Shown: positions 12,109-25,488 of the stretch, in pieces
Layout: the number at the start of each line of letters is the position of its first letter
Numbering within the stretch: the first letter of the stretch is position 1
Source: Octopus vulgaris
Lineage: Eukaryota
Direction: 5' to 3'
DNA length: 64,000 bases
NCBI GenBank assembly: GCA_951406725.2
Contig: OX597814.1
Location: forward strand, 92,628,001-92,692,000
Translations under genes and position numbers: made by a program
The notes under the pieces: model-generated
Database searches by the model: none
What the model was told of the DNA's origin: nothing
Seen by the model: only the letters and a program-made list of their open reading frames with translations

Positions 12109-13385
12109 TCATCATCGTTTAATGTCCGTTTTCCATGCTAGCATGGGTTGGACGATTTGACTGAGGACTGGCAGACCAGATGGCTGCACCAGGCTCCAAT
12201 CTAATCTAGCAGACTTTCTACAGCTGGATGCCCTTCCTAACACCAACCACTCCGAGAGTGTAGTGGGTTGTTTTATGTGCCACTGGCACAAGGGGTAGTC
12301 AGGTGGTACCGGCAACGGCCATGCTGAGATGGTGTTTTTTACATGCCACCTGCACAGGAGCTAGTCCAGCAACACTAACAATGACCTCGCTCGAATATTT
12401 TTTTTCACATGCCAGTAAGGCGACACTGGTAACGATCACACTCGAATGGTGCTTTTTACATGCCACCAGCACGGAAGCCAGTTAGCTGCTCTGGCAAGGA
12501 TCATGCTCGGATGGTGCTCTTAGCGCTCCACTAGCATGGATGCCAGACATTAAATCTGATTTTGATTTCACTTGCCTCAATAGATCTTCGCAAGCAGAGT
12601 TTAGTGTCCAATGAAGGAAAGGTACACATAAGTAGGCTGGTTACACCCCTGACATTGGCCACACAGTTATGGTCTCACTTGGCTTGCCGGGTCTTCTCTA
12701 CTTCATCCAAGGTCTTCCTGGGTCTACCTCTTCCACAGGTTCCCTCAACTGCTAGGGTGTGGTACTTTTTCATACAGCTATCCTCATCTATTCTCGCCAC
12801 AAGACCATCCCAGCACAGTCATCTCTCTTGCACACCATATCTGATGCTTCTTAGGTCCAACTTTTCTCTCAAGGTACTTACACTCTGTTGAGTATGCTCA
12901 CTGATATTACACATCCATCGAAGCATTCTGGCTTCATTCCTTGCGAGCTTATGCATGTCCTCAGCAGTCACGGCCCATGTTTCACTGCTATATAGCATGG
13001 CTGTTCGTACACATGTGCCAAACAGTCTACCTTTTACTCTGAGCAAGAGGCCCTTTGTCATCGGCAGAGGTAAGAGCTCTCTGAACTTGTCCAGGCTATT
13101 CTTATTCTCATAGCTACACTTTCAACGCACCCTCCCCCACTACTGATTTGGTCACCTAGGTAACGGAAACTATTAACTACTTCCTTTTATATTGCTGCAC
13201 CTCTCATGTGTCCATAGCTTACACTGGGTACATCTCATAGAGTTTCTACCTACGACTTTTCTACAGATCGAACACGGCCATCTACCTGAAGGGATTTGTG
13301 GTTTGCCTGCCTTCCTACTTATTAGGACTTTGGTTTTAGCTCAGTTGACTCTTAGGCCCTTTGATTCTAATCCTTGTTTCCACAC
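12107..13385 (-). mobile_element. 5'-truncated RTE-clade LINE
   Basis: ORF 12819-13061 KGRLFGTCVRTAMLYSSETW...EARMLRWMC is typical RTE post-RT sequence. 3' UTR and (GAT)n tail at 12107. Confidence 0.9.
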
Positions 13386-13469
13386 CTGAAACTTCACCTC
13401 TTGTTCGTGCATATTTGTGTGTGTACAAATATATGTGCATATATATGTGCATGTGTGTGTGTAGGTATG

Positions 13470-13508
<39 letters not shown>

Positions 13509-13517
13509 ATATTTGTC

Positions 13518-13578
<61 letters not shown>

Positions 13579-14059
13579 ATTTATGTATATAATTTATTGC
13601 AGAATAGAAGAAACATAACAGATAAGATTAATAAGGACATATACAAATGTATCAGTATATATTTGTGTGTGTGTGTGTGTAGGTACAAACGAACACAAAT
13701 GCTTGACCTGGTTTAAATTGCTAAGGAGCCACTTTGTCATAGTAGGAGTGAGTAATCAGCTGCGTATTCTGTTAAAAAGATATCACCTACATTATAATCA
13801 CTGGATTACTAAGAAGCATGTAAGAAAACATTAAGCAATCTAAAAACAAAGAAGAAAAATATCTAGGACTCTCCTAAAATAAGTAAAACAGCCTCATACC
13901 TAAAAACGTCCAACTGACCTAGATGAGCGTGAATATGCGTAAATCTATTTTAGAAAATAATTGAATCAAATTTCATGAAGGGGTATCTTCCTTGTCATCA
14001 ATAGGCTATGCTTATTTTGGTATCCTTGTTTTTTTAAACACACACACAAGCACACTGGT

Positions 14060-14098
<39 letters not shown>

Positions 14099-14099
14099 T

Positions 14100-14910
14100 A
14101 TTCTTTTACTTGTTTGTCAGATTGTGGCCATGCTGGGGCAGCACCTTGAAGAATTTTAGTCAAATAAATCAACCCCAGTACTTTTCATTTTTTTAAGCCT
14201 GGTACGTGTTGTATTGGTCCTTTTTGCTGAGCTGCTAAGTCACAGGGATGTAAACACACCAACACCAGTTGTCAAGTAGTGGTAGGGGACAAACACAAAC
14301 ACACACACACAAATAAAAATAGGAACAGGAGTGGCTGTGTGGTAACTACCTTGCTTACCAACCACATGGTTCCATGTTCAGTCCCACTGCATGGCACCTT
14401 GGGCGAGTGTTTTCTACTTATAGCCTCAGGCCAACCAAAACCTTGTGAGTGGATATGGTAGACGGAAACTGAAAGAAGCCCGTTGTATATATATGTGTGT
14501 GTGTGTGTGTGTTTGTCCTCTCAACATAACTTGACAACCGGTGTTGGTGTGTCTATGTCCACATAACTTAGTGGTTCAGCAGAAGAGACTGATGGAATAA
14601 GTACTAGGCTTACAAAAAATAAGTCCTGGGGTTGATTTATTCGACAAAAGGTGGTGCTCCAGCATGGCTGCAGTCAAATGATTGAAAAGAATTAAAAAAA
14701 AATATATATATATACATACACACACACAGCAAGCCTCTTTAAGTTTCTCAGTTTCTGTCAGCCAAATCCGCTCACAAGGCTTTGGTCAGCCTAAGGCAGA
14801 AGACACTTTGGTCAGCCTAAGGCAGAAGACACTTGCCCACAGTGGCATGTAGTGAGAATGAAACTGGAACCATGTGGTTGGAATGCAAGCTTCTTACCAC
14901 ACACCCACTC
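14100..14910. mobile_element. OR-type SINE (+, ~14321-14700) nested in an opposite-strand OR-type SINE
   Basis: Minus-strand 3' half at 14100-14310 and 5' half at 14730-14910 flank a complete plus-strand copy. Confidence 0.7.
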
Positions 14911-17218
14911 CTTAAGCATTGGTGTGGGTGCTGGTGTCACTTAAAAGACACCCAGTATACTCTGTAGAGTGGTTGGCATTAGGAAGGGCATCCAGCCATA
15001 GAAACCAAACCAAAACAGAATATGGAACCTGGTGTGGGCCCTTGGCCTTGCAAGCTGCCCAAACTATGCCAGCATGGCATTAAATGTTTATGATGATAAA
15101 TGAATATATTTCTAGGAGATAAAGAGACCAGAAAGAAGCATTCTCAGCATGTGTGTTTGGCGGGGTGCATAGATGTATAGATATACATGTATATATTCTG
15201 TAAGTTTGTGAATGCGTGAGTACAGTTGTATACATGTGTGTATATTGTGAGTGTATCAATTTGAGTAAAATGTATAAATGCGTGACTTGTGTATATGCAC
15301 CCATATTCATTTGTATGTGTGAATATATGTATGTATGAATGTGCATTTATGTACATACATATATAGATATATATATATATGCATGTATAAATTATGAATG
15401 TATGCATGTATGTCTAACTATATGTATGAATGCATGTACATATGCATGCATCCATAGAGACACATAAATGGATATATGCATGTATGTACCTAGGAATGTA
15501 TACATGTATAATCGCAGAGGGTGCACCAATGAAATGAGAGTTCCCCTACCCCAACAAACTCTACTGAATCCCTACTGACTGAACTCACACATACTAAATG
15601 CAGAATCATTTCTTTATGTCATAGTTATATACTTAGCTTGTGATTAATCCTGACCCAAGAAACCAGTGAACAAAGGACTTCCAGTTATAAAAATTCCATA
15701 TTTTCCTCAGGCAAAGTCCACCTTGGACTATATTATCCAATGTGTCCTCAAAGACAACAGAGTATGATTTGAGGGAAACTTAGCAACTATTTCTAGCAAG
15801 CTGAGACCAACATGGCTGTGAAATTAAGTAAATCACTTTGCAACAATATAATTTGAGGTCCAGTCCTGCAGCACAGTTCCTTGGAAATGTGTCTTCATTT
15901 TAGCCTTGAGTTGACCAAAGCATTGTAAATAAAATTTAGTAAACAGAAACTATGTGGAAGCCTGTTAAAGGGACTGTTCCTGTACTCATGTGGCAACTTC
16001 AATCTGTCACCAAGTTTAATAGCACTATTTAATCCTTGGGCACCTTTAGTAGAGTTTACTGTTTTGGGAGTATATGGTCTTAATCTCAGGTCTAAGTATA
16101 ATACCTTTACCCCAAACCAGATGAGGGTCTGAAAAAGATCCTTGGCATTGCTTCACTTCCTCTAATTAAATCATGTGAAAATAAAATAGATAAAATACCA
16201 CATAAGCACTCAGCCAATTTCACTAGAAGCATGTAAATACCTAATAGATTGATGCTAAAAATAAATTCTATTTGATACTAAAGCACAATATTAATCAATG
16301 CGAACAGCTAATCTAACCCAAATAGCGATACAACAATATACAAGAAAATCCAATATGTTGGTACCTTGTTTAGTGTTACTCTGTTTAGCACTGATTCACA
16401 AGTGGTAATTTTCCTTTGAGATATTCTTCGTAGGATAGTATAACACTAATATAACAGAACACTCCACATGGAAATTCCATCAACTTTTGATGCATAAATT
16501 TATATATTTTCATAATTATTGTTTTATTATGTTGAAGATTTTTTTATAATAATTACACAAAGCATTGAGGTTATTTTTAATAAAAAAAAATCTTGCTACT
16601 TCAGGTATTGTTTTATAGAAGTACCAAATCCTCTCTGATGTCACCTTCTCTGAACATTTCCCAAATTGAATAGCTGTTCTTTGTTCAGGTTTTCTTGTAT
16701 TCAGTTCCTTCTTGAAATTCTTGATATTTTACTCAATTTCCTTCATTCATGTTATTTTGTTGCATTCATTCTTTCTCTTGTTGCTTCAAGTCATCAATTT
16801 TTTGCCACAGTGAAGGTTGTTTATCTCTTGATACCAACCCACGTGAGACTACCAGTGGCTCTAAGATACAAATTTCCTATCATAAAGTGATCTAAATTAA
16901 AGCCTATCAAAATGTTGTGCTAGTATATGTTCCACACACCCCTTAAGAAATGCAAAATGATTTTACTAAATTCTTCATTATTCACGAAATTTATTGAAAC
17001 AAAGGCAATGTGATTCAAAAGAAAGTGAGAATAAAATTTGTAGAGCAAAATATTTGCAGAAATGCAAAAAGTTAAAAGATTAGAAGAAAAACTGGAATAT
17101 TTTGTTTGTTTTTTTTACTGTTTAGCCAACCCCATTGAAGCAACAGAAGATAAAAATCTCTTTCTTTCCCCCAAAAAATGAATCAAAATGTTTTCTTGAA
17201 AATGAAAATTTTAAGGAC

Positions 17219-17641
17219 AAATTCTGTTGCGTCTGAGGAGAGTCATTTTCTTTTTGTACCTTTGGCACAAAATCACCCACTACACTCTCGGAGTGGTTGG
17301 CGTTAGGAAGGGCATCCAGCTGTAGAAACACTGCCAGATCTGACTGGCCTGGTGCAGCCTTCGGGCTCGCCAGACCCCAGTTGAACCGTCCAACCCATGC
17401 TAGCATGGAAAGCGGACGTTAAACGATGATGATGATGAATGTAACACACTCACCGGTAAAATTTCCACTTATTTCTTCTTTATTATTATTTTTTATATTT
17501 TTTTTTTATTTTACCGGTGAGTGTGTTACATTATAAGGCACAAAAAGAAAATGACTCTCTCCAGACACAACAGAATAGGCTTCAACACACGAACTCATAT
17601 AAAGAATCTTCCAAACCAAATCTAAAAACGAAATAAGGAAC
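17219..17641. mobile_element. Asymmetric fold-back element with an RTE 3' end (17261-17437) in its left arm and a 33-bp flanking duplication
   Basis: TTCTGTTGCGTCTGAGGAGAGTCATTTTC...AATGTAACACACTCACCGGTAAAAT is inverted at ~17508-17575. AAATGTTTTCTTGAAAATGAAA(A/T)TTTTAAGGAC occurs at 17186-17218 and 17642-17674. Confidence 0.75.
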
Positions 17642-18810
17642 AAATGTTTTCTTGAAAATGAAATTTTTAAGGACCAAGTGTTTTCCTGGAAAATGAAGTG
17701 AAGAAACGCAAGAAACAAGGAATCACACACTCGTGCATACTCCGACAGACACTCAAATTGTTCACACAATTTTTTTTTTAATCATCATGAATGAGAAATA
17801 GCGGGCAACTCCAAGTGCTGGAAGTTACTTATGGTGCAGAGGTTAAAGAACACAGAACATGTGCAAGTGTTGGCGCAATAGGACGCTGGTGAATGTCAAA
17901 CATATGTGAATAAGTCATTAAAAGCTTGACTACATCAGCGAATAGAACCATCATAAAAAATACGAATGTGACAACTTCATTGTAATCAGCAAAGAAGGGG
18001 ATTCATTCAAGGATCGGAAACACTGAACAGTTATCCGGGGACCTCACAGTTCCTGATGCCCATTGCTTCGCTGTCAATGAATAGAGTGTTGGTCCCTGTT
18101 CATTGAGAACACACTTGTCTAGGAGCCCAATCAAATCTAGTGGGAGTAGAGTTCACCCTGTATGATGCTCGCAACTTAGAGATACAAATCGAGACCTCAT
18201 AAATTTCTGAAAGCGAAAGCCACACCCACTTCTGATGTAGGACTCAAAAGTAATCTCTTTTCCTCTGGTAAAATTTACGTCTGAGATCCTGGGCTCAATA
18301 TTAATCTATCTATGCTGTAGTCTGCCGACACTAGCATGAACTATAGGCTTCAATGTATTGTTTTGCTCGGGGGTTAAAATCCATTCCAACGGTGATCACC
18401 CGCCTCCTTTTTCTTGCTTTCTTTTTTTTTTTTTTTTTGTACATGTGCTAGGATCTTAGGAACACATTATCTAACGTGTTCTTTTTCACTATTTCTAGCA
18501 GGTCGAGTGACACGTAGAGGTTGCCTCATTGGCTCGCGGGCGGAAATACAAAACGATAAGGCGGGTGCATTTAACGTTTATCTCACGAATAAGATTGTCG
18601 GACTAAACTACAAATCGCGGTTCACGCTATTTTTCGAAATTGCGAGCAACTTTACCTCTTTAACTAAAGCTGCTTTCTCCTTTAGAATTTTAATTTGTAA
18701 CAAAAAGCAAGAATGTTATTAAATCTACTAAATCATAAAATAAGCATATTTGTACTGCCCTACAGACAATCATTAAACCCAAACAATATATATATTTTAT
18801 ATATATATAC

Positions 18811-19000
18811 TGTTGTGTCTGAGGAGAGTCATTTTCTTTTTGTGCCTTATAATGTAACATAAGAAATAAGTGGAAATTTTACCGGTGAGTGTGTTACATT
18901 ATAAGGCACAAAAAGAAAATGACTCTCCCCAGACACAACAGAATAGGCTTCAACACACGAACTCATATAAAGAACCTTGCAAACCAAATCCAAAAACGAT
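18811..19000. mobile_element. Second copy of the 17219 fold-back family, in (TA)n
   Basis: TGTTGTGTCTGAGGAGAGTCATTTTCTTTTTGTGCCTTATAATGTAACA is inverted at ~18891-18940. Same extension GAATAGGCTTCAACACACGAACTC but a different turn-around point. Confidence 0.8.
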
Positions 19001-19781
19001 ATATATACTAGCAAAAGTTTCATTTCCAGCTACTTTCTAACACAATCTGTTATTTAAGGTGCAGCTTTTTTTATGAAATTGATCTAACGAACTAGTTCAC
19101 AAACAACTATAGATAAAGTAGCAGACACTACACGCATTACTACCCTGAAATTGGCGAACACGCTACTCACTGTTATTGTTTTGTTTTTTTCTGCTGCTTG
19201 CAAAAGTTATGATGTTGTTTTGTTATTAATGCTACCTGTAAATTAATATATCAACACAATTACTTCAATTGTGGCTACAGCTGAAATAGGTCGCGATGGA
19301 AATAAGAGAAGGAAGATGTACACAGGGAAAACGATGTTCCCCTCTTTTACATTCAGCTCAAGTGGGTGGGGTTGGATTGTAGCGTCAAGCTCCACTCTTA
19401 CCCAACCTCCGCTTTAAAAACTTTAAGGAGCTTATAGTCCCTAAAAACCCATTTCCCTCTATAAATAGGTTTCCGTGCAGTACTTAAACTATAGTTTGTT
19501 TGTTTTGTTTTTTTTTTGGGGGGGGGGTTCTTAGCCCTCTCCCTCACAAACACACATACGCAATGTACTTGACAACTAAGGCGGAAAACATTTTAATTCA
19601 CAATTTACGATGTACACACTGTCCACTTGACTAAAATATATATTACCAATGCAAAATTAAGAATTAATTTTCATGTTTGTTTTTTACCAAATCTGATTAG
19701 CTTATGTTAATATACTAAAAAAAGGTGCAATTACCAGTTATGTTATTATTGATTGATAGACAGACAGACAGACAGACAGAC

Positions 19782-19828
<47 letters not shown>

Positions 19829-20835
19829 CAGAGCAATGCTGCTCAAAGCTGTGAATGTGGTACAAACTTAAATGATAATATTGAAGCTTTATGTTGCCGG
19901 CCGAGGTCGACTTTGCCTTTCATCCTTTCGTGGTCGATAAATAAAGTACCAGTTACGCACTGGGGTCGATGTAATCTACTTAATCCCTTTGTCTGTCCTT
20001 GTTTGTCCCCTCTATGTTTAGCCCCTTGTGGGTAGTAAAGAAATATATACATCACAGTTCAGGGAAATAAGATAACCCGACAGTTCCGAGTTTAATCCCC
20101 ACTAAATGTGACATTTCAAAAACAGCAGAACATCTAGGAGTCATGATTTCTAAGTGAATCCGGCTCCATTCGAGTGTCGGGAACTAAGGGCCGAAACACT
20201 TGCTTGGCGGGCGTTCTTCCCCAGAAGATTTCTTCTGCTGTCCGCTCGCCCTGTAGCTTATTTCCACTTACTATATTAACTGGTCTGTTCACCGACCTGC
20301 CTTCCCATATCGATGTATTGGGTATCACAACACCAGCTATCTCGTTGAAACTCCTTAAGAAATTTTTTTTCAAAGTGTACTAACACATTTTTAATCTGGC
20401 AAAATCCATTCCAGTCTCACAGAAAATAATCCTAGATACTCCAAACCCCGAATAATTTGTGAAATAATGGAAAGATTTGATGTAGACACGAAATAGTAAT
20501 TCTTTTTATACATGGCAGAGGGCATGAAATTTGGGAAGAGGGGGAGCTATCGATTACATCGACCCCAGTACTCAATGGGTACTTTATCTTATCAACCCTG
20601 AAAAGATACAAACGATTCTACTAGTCCGCCGCCGTTAGACACGAAATAATAGTAATTTCTTACATGGGAACAATGCCAAAAATTTTGCGGTAAAATAACA
20701 GTTGATTATATTGATCTCAATGCTTGACGAAGTACTTTATTTTATCGTCCCGGAGGGATTACAGACTAAGTCGACTTCGGCAGGATTTTAACTCAATACG
20801 TAAAGGGGAGTGACTCAAAAATCGCATGGCATTTT

Positions 20836-20951
20836 GGAGAAAGTAAAGAATATGTACACCCGGTATTTAGAGTTAGGGTTTAAAGTTAGTGATAAGGGTT
20901 AGGGTTTTGTTACGCCGAAAACAGGTGGTGTACATATTCATCACCTCCGCC
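20836..20951. mobile_element. 116-bp GG..CC MITE with 8-bp TSD and TTAGGG-like core, inserted in an OK-type SINE
   Basis: TSD GGCATTTT at 20828-20835 and 20952-20959. TIR core GAATATGTACACC / GGTGTACATATTC. Confidence 0.75.
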
Positions 20952-22363
20952 GGCATTTTATCCAACACCCTAACGATTTTATCAATACACAAACGTTTTA
21001 TATTGTCTTGTTATGTTTCTGTTGTCGTCCTATTCTGTTATTTTTATGAATTCATGTCTCGTTTTGTCTTTTGTTTTCATCGTTCTGCTCATTATATAGG
21101 CCCATACATAACTCATCATTTATTAATCAATAAGTTAGCATTTCTGAAAAGCCGTCAATGTTACCAAGTGCAACACTCACTTGAGACCAACGGTAACATT
21201 TTAATCAGTTATACATCATAATCAGTAAGTATATTATTTGACGATAGATAAATAGGGCAAGGCTTCCTTTTGTACCCCAACCAAATACCCCTTTTTATTT
21301 ATTTATTTATTTTTCTGAGGAAGTCTTTCCATAAATAGATAGATACGTTAACATGAGAAATCAGATATGGGTGGTTATGGCACCCGCCCTTTCTCAACAG
21401 CTCTGAAAATAAGAGAATTAGTAAAATCGAACAGCAGAAGCAATTGTTCGAGAAATCACACACAAGCACGCATAGTCATCGCTAGAATTGGTTGGTAGGG
21501 AAAAATTACAGAAGTAATGTTTGTTGGTAAAAAAAGATATCGATAAAATAAAGGCTAGCGACGGTGGGGCTGCATTTTAAAACAGATTTAGCTGCTAATT
21601 CTTGCAGGTCCAGCGTCCGAGTAAAGGCCATAATACCAAGGACCCCGAGCCTGTTGTGGCCGTCGGGGCCCAACACTGTGGCCTTCGGTAAGAAGTATAG
21701 GTTCTGCATTTAAAAAAAATGCTGATTATATAGTGTACTTAGCTGTTTCGAAAGTCTGTATGTTTATTCTAATGTTCTTAGATTCTTCAAAAGTATTTTG
21801 AAAACTTTGTTATTTTTATAATTTCAACAAGATTTCACAATAAATGTAATTATTTAATTTCCGTATATATAAATTTTTCTTTGGTGCAACTTTAGATTTC
21901 ATTTAATTCAAGGACTGCCCTCAGATATAAAAAATGTTCGCCACCAGGAACTAAACTAATACGAGCGATGCCCTCCAAGCTCCCCCGAAAAGTTACTTTT
22001 AAGTTTACGACACATCAACAAACATTCTTCATTTCACATTTTCCTTTTAATTGAGTCGGTCGTTTGAAATCTGTCAAAGGGTTGCTAACACAAACAAATA
22101 AAGCTGAGGGAAGGAACTTGGGGGAGGGGCTGTAGCACGCATGTTTCTCTCCACGAATATCAGCTACTAAAGGGAAGAGAATCAAGAACCGTCCCAAGAA
22201 TATACAAACTTGCGTACACACACAAGCGTCGCCCCAGGTGTGCGACTAACCCTGCATGCATCTATGTTTATGTTTATAAATGTAAATCTCTACATACGAG
22301 TGTATATACATGTATTTCAAAAGTGTGTCTGCAATAAATTAATGAATAAATAATTCGTCTTAC

Positions 22364-22435
22364 CCGATCTAATTCTCGCTGAATTTCGGATTGAAGAGCA
22401 ATTTCTTCATCGTTATCAAATATTCGTCTCGGCAT
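22364..22435 (-). CDS. Probable first coding exon of an unidentified host gene (MPRRIFDNDEEIALQSEIQRELDR, phase-0 intron)
   Basis: ATG with A at -3, 24 open codons of non-repetitive protein-like composition, then donor CGG|GTAAGA. Lies in repeat-poor, CpG-retaining sequence upstream of a CpG-depleted tract. No downstream exon was identified in the window. Confidence 0.6.
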
Positions 22436-23100
22436 AGTTCCAGTGTTACAAAATGAGTAAAAACCAAAAACCGAACAAAAAGTAGTAAATTATCCGATGA
22501 AACTTTCGAATTAAAATAAACCGAAGATAGGGATTTTGTTTCACGAAAATATATACATGTAAATATATATTTTCATAACTAACTATAACTACGTCTTCTG
22601 TTTTACATAAAAAAAACTCCTCACAGAACTAGTAATAAGTATGAAGAATATGTATACTTTTACATATAAATGTACGGTTGAAGTGCATGAAGGTAAGTTT
22701 ACGCAGTGATGAAATATAGATATTTGTTTTCCAAGGCAAAATATACTAAAACAAAATACAGAAACTAAGATGTTTAAAGAGAATTTGTCTCTTTCTTCTC
22801 TCTTTTCTTTCTTCTGATAAAGATATAACTATAAATGTCGAACAGAAGTAAAAATTCACGATAAGTATGAATGCATATGTGTATATATAGACATCACGTA
22901 GCGATAGATATAAGTTATAGTCGCTTAGTAGCAGTTCAAATTATAGAGTGAGAGAGAAGAGAAAATAAAAGTGCGCCGACGGCAACTAGACTGCTTGATA
23001 TGAGAAGTAACGTGGATACGCATATACAAACGCACGCATATGTACTCACACATACACAGGTCCACACCCACATTCGCACATATACATTCACACACGCCAC
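22436..23100 (-). promoter_or_regulatory. Putative 5' UTR and promoter region of the minus-strand gene
   Basis: TE-free, CpG-retaining sequence upstream of the ATG, with no AG acceptor immediately upstream. TSS not determinable. Confidence 0.3.
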
Positions 23101-23401
23101 ATTCACATGCACACACATACACTTTTATTACAAAAAAAATTTTCGCTTCACTAGCCCATGATGAAATGCAAAAAAATAAAACGTATATATAGGTAACAAA
23201 ATATATAATTAAAACGAATAAAAAGGTAAATACAATTTTATGTCTTTCATAGTATTAGTAAAACCTTTAAGCTATTACAAACAGTTAATTAAGGTTTGTG
23301 GTCACGCATGAGCAACAAGTATGAGCGCTTTTCTAGGTAGATATTTTGAAGTTCACTTTGCCCGCGTAAACACTCGTTAGTTGTCAGTCACTTGAAACAA
23401 A

Positions 23402-23482
<81 letters not shown>

Positions 23483-23820
23483 CTTTCTATCCATTCCTCT
23501 ATCTCTATCCGTCCGTCCATCCATCTATCTATCTTAGCAAGCTATCACCTTCTCTTATCTAGTTTGTTTACAGTAACTGTTTAATATTGTTAAACTTTTT
23601 ACTTCTGTCTATTATAGCTATGGTAACACCAGTACTGATTTTTGGCCTAAGCTAAACGAGCTGCACTTGGTGCCTTATTATCCAGACAGACCGCAAAATT
23701 ATCGAAAGGCACGTTTTCAATTTTTAAGAGACCTGGTACTATTTTTTTAAGCAAGCGGCCTTCAGCTTTATAAAATTTAGGACTAAGTCTAAATCCAACA
23801 GTGTAACACAACCTCTTACC

Positions 23821-24150
23821 CAGCGGTTATCAACTGCGATCTATATGACCTCTTAGGACCCATATGAGACTTTGTGGGAACCCACGATCCACAGTAGTAT
23901 TTTAAGGGGGCCTGGTAAAAATTTGCTATGGACGTATATACTGCTATGTGTTGCAAGAAGCAGCTAGGTTAATTTCTCAAACATTTTACAGTTTAACCTA
24001 CATGAGCTAACGTGTGTAAAGCAAATTATGAATTTTGAAAGAAGTTTCTATAAAACTAGTTTTTAAACATTGAGTGTCTGTGGGGATCCACCAGAATAAA
24101 ATAATAATCAAAGGGGTCCATGAATTTTAAAAAATGGTTGAGAACCTCTG
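23821..24150. mobile_element. hAT (Charlie-like) MITE
   Basis: TIR CAGCGGTTATCAAC / GTTGAGAACCTCTG. 8-bp TSD CTCTTACC / CTCTAACC. Confidence 0.8.
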
Positions 24151-24205
24151 CTCTAACCCCAAAACATTCTCTTTCCTCCTTTCTCTCTACCTCTTTCACC
24201 TCCTC

Positions 24206-24246
<41 letters not shown>

Positions 24247-24635
24247 ACTCTCTCGACAGTATAACGCCCTGCTCCTACGCGCTAGTTTCTTTTCCTACCT
24301 ACTCCATTGAAGCCCGTCTCTCCTCTCGACGCCCATTCTATATCTCACTCGATTCTTTCTTCGCAGATTGTCAACTCTCAGAAATTCTCCCTCTCCTGCA
24401 GATATTGATTTACATAGGCTTGTAATATCTGTAAGATGAACATAAGCCACATCCATCTCACTCGTCTCGGATGGCCTGTGAGAATCATGAATACTGCCAG
24501 TTCCACAAAATAAACACAAGGAGACAATTATGCAGTGTCATCCAGAGTACACTAGTTAATGCCAACAGGAAGATAATGAAATACCTGTAATTATATTAGG
24601 AAAGTTTTGTTTTTTTTTAATCATATTTAGAAGAT

Positions 24636-25488
24636 TGTAGTGGATCTTGCATGCATGAAGTGGATTCGATCCACCATAGCCAAATTTAAATTAACACTGC
24701 AACAGAACTTTTTCCCAAATTGGAACAATGGTTTTTCTCTGACAGCAGTTTTACATTTTCCAGATGCCTTCAGCTGGGCCGAAATAATGTCTTCTCCACT
24801 TGACCCTTTCTAAACTCTTCTACTTCATCAAAAGCTAGAATAGAGATAACAAGACCACCAACTAAATGTATTGTTCTCAATGATATGTCTATCCTTCTGG
24901 ATAGCTATAAAATCAAGAAAACCCCAAGCAAAAATTAGTTAGTCACAGTCGGTGACGACTCAACGAGTCCAGTCACATGGTGACGACTCAACCAGTTAGT
25001 CACTACAGTGCCAACGAAGTCTGGCTGACCATACTTGGTCAGAGGGAGAAATGAAGTTTACTGTCAGCAACTGTAAGACAACGTCCCACACCCTACAACT
25101 CTCACTAGCTCTAATTCTGTTCTCTTATAACATCATTCTATCGCTATCTGTGGATTACTACTAACTATTCGTATAAGCCAAACTAAGTAAATAAACATTC
25201 TACCGCATCTAACTTTCTTTTGCATGCTTTTGGATTTATCATAACCTGCCTCTCGAGGCAAGGTATTGAATCGTAACGGTAAATAAACTTCATACATTGT
25301 TCATCTTTCACATCCTACAGTATGCGATTATAACAAAAATGTTTTATCGTTACAACTGCTGACTCCGACATTTCATAATAATGTTTACTAATCAATCTTA
25401 CCCGTTACAATTGGTAACTACACCAAAATAAAATCCTTATCGTTACAATTGGTGACCCTCGACTTCAACTAAAAACTTCACCATTACA
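24636..25488 (+). mobile_element. Solo LTR (Gypsy-type)
   Basis: TGTAGTGG...CCATTACA termini, 4-bp TSD AGAT on both sides, AATAAA at ~25190 and ~25282, PBS-like motifs near the 3' end. Confidence 0.75.

Noticed and set aside
16600-16890. Purine-rich, coiled-coil-like translation on the minus strand
   Set aside because: Multiple stops in the frames read, with no splice sites or recognisable family.
18819-18825. CTGAGGA in the 17219/18811 hairpins as a hammerhead core
   Set aside because: No matching GAAA-stem III-UH, and it lies antisense to the direction implied by the extension.
19164-19240. Consensus minus-strand donor GTGAGT with a possible upstream acceptor
   Set aside because: The phase-0 frame hits a stop and the sequence is low complexity.
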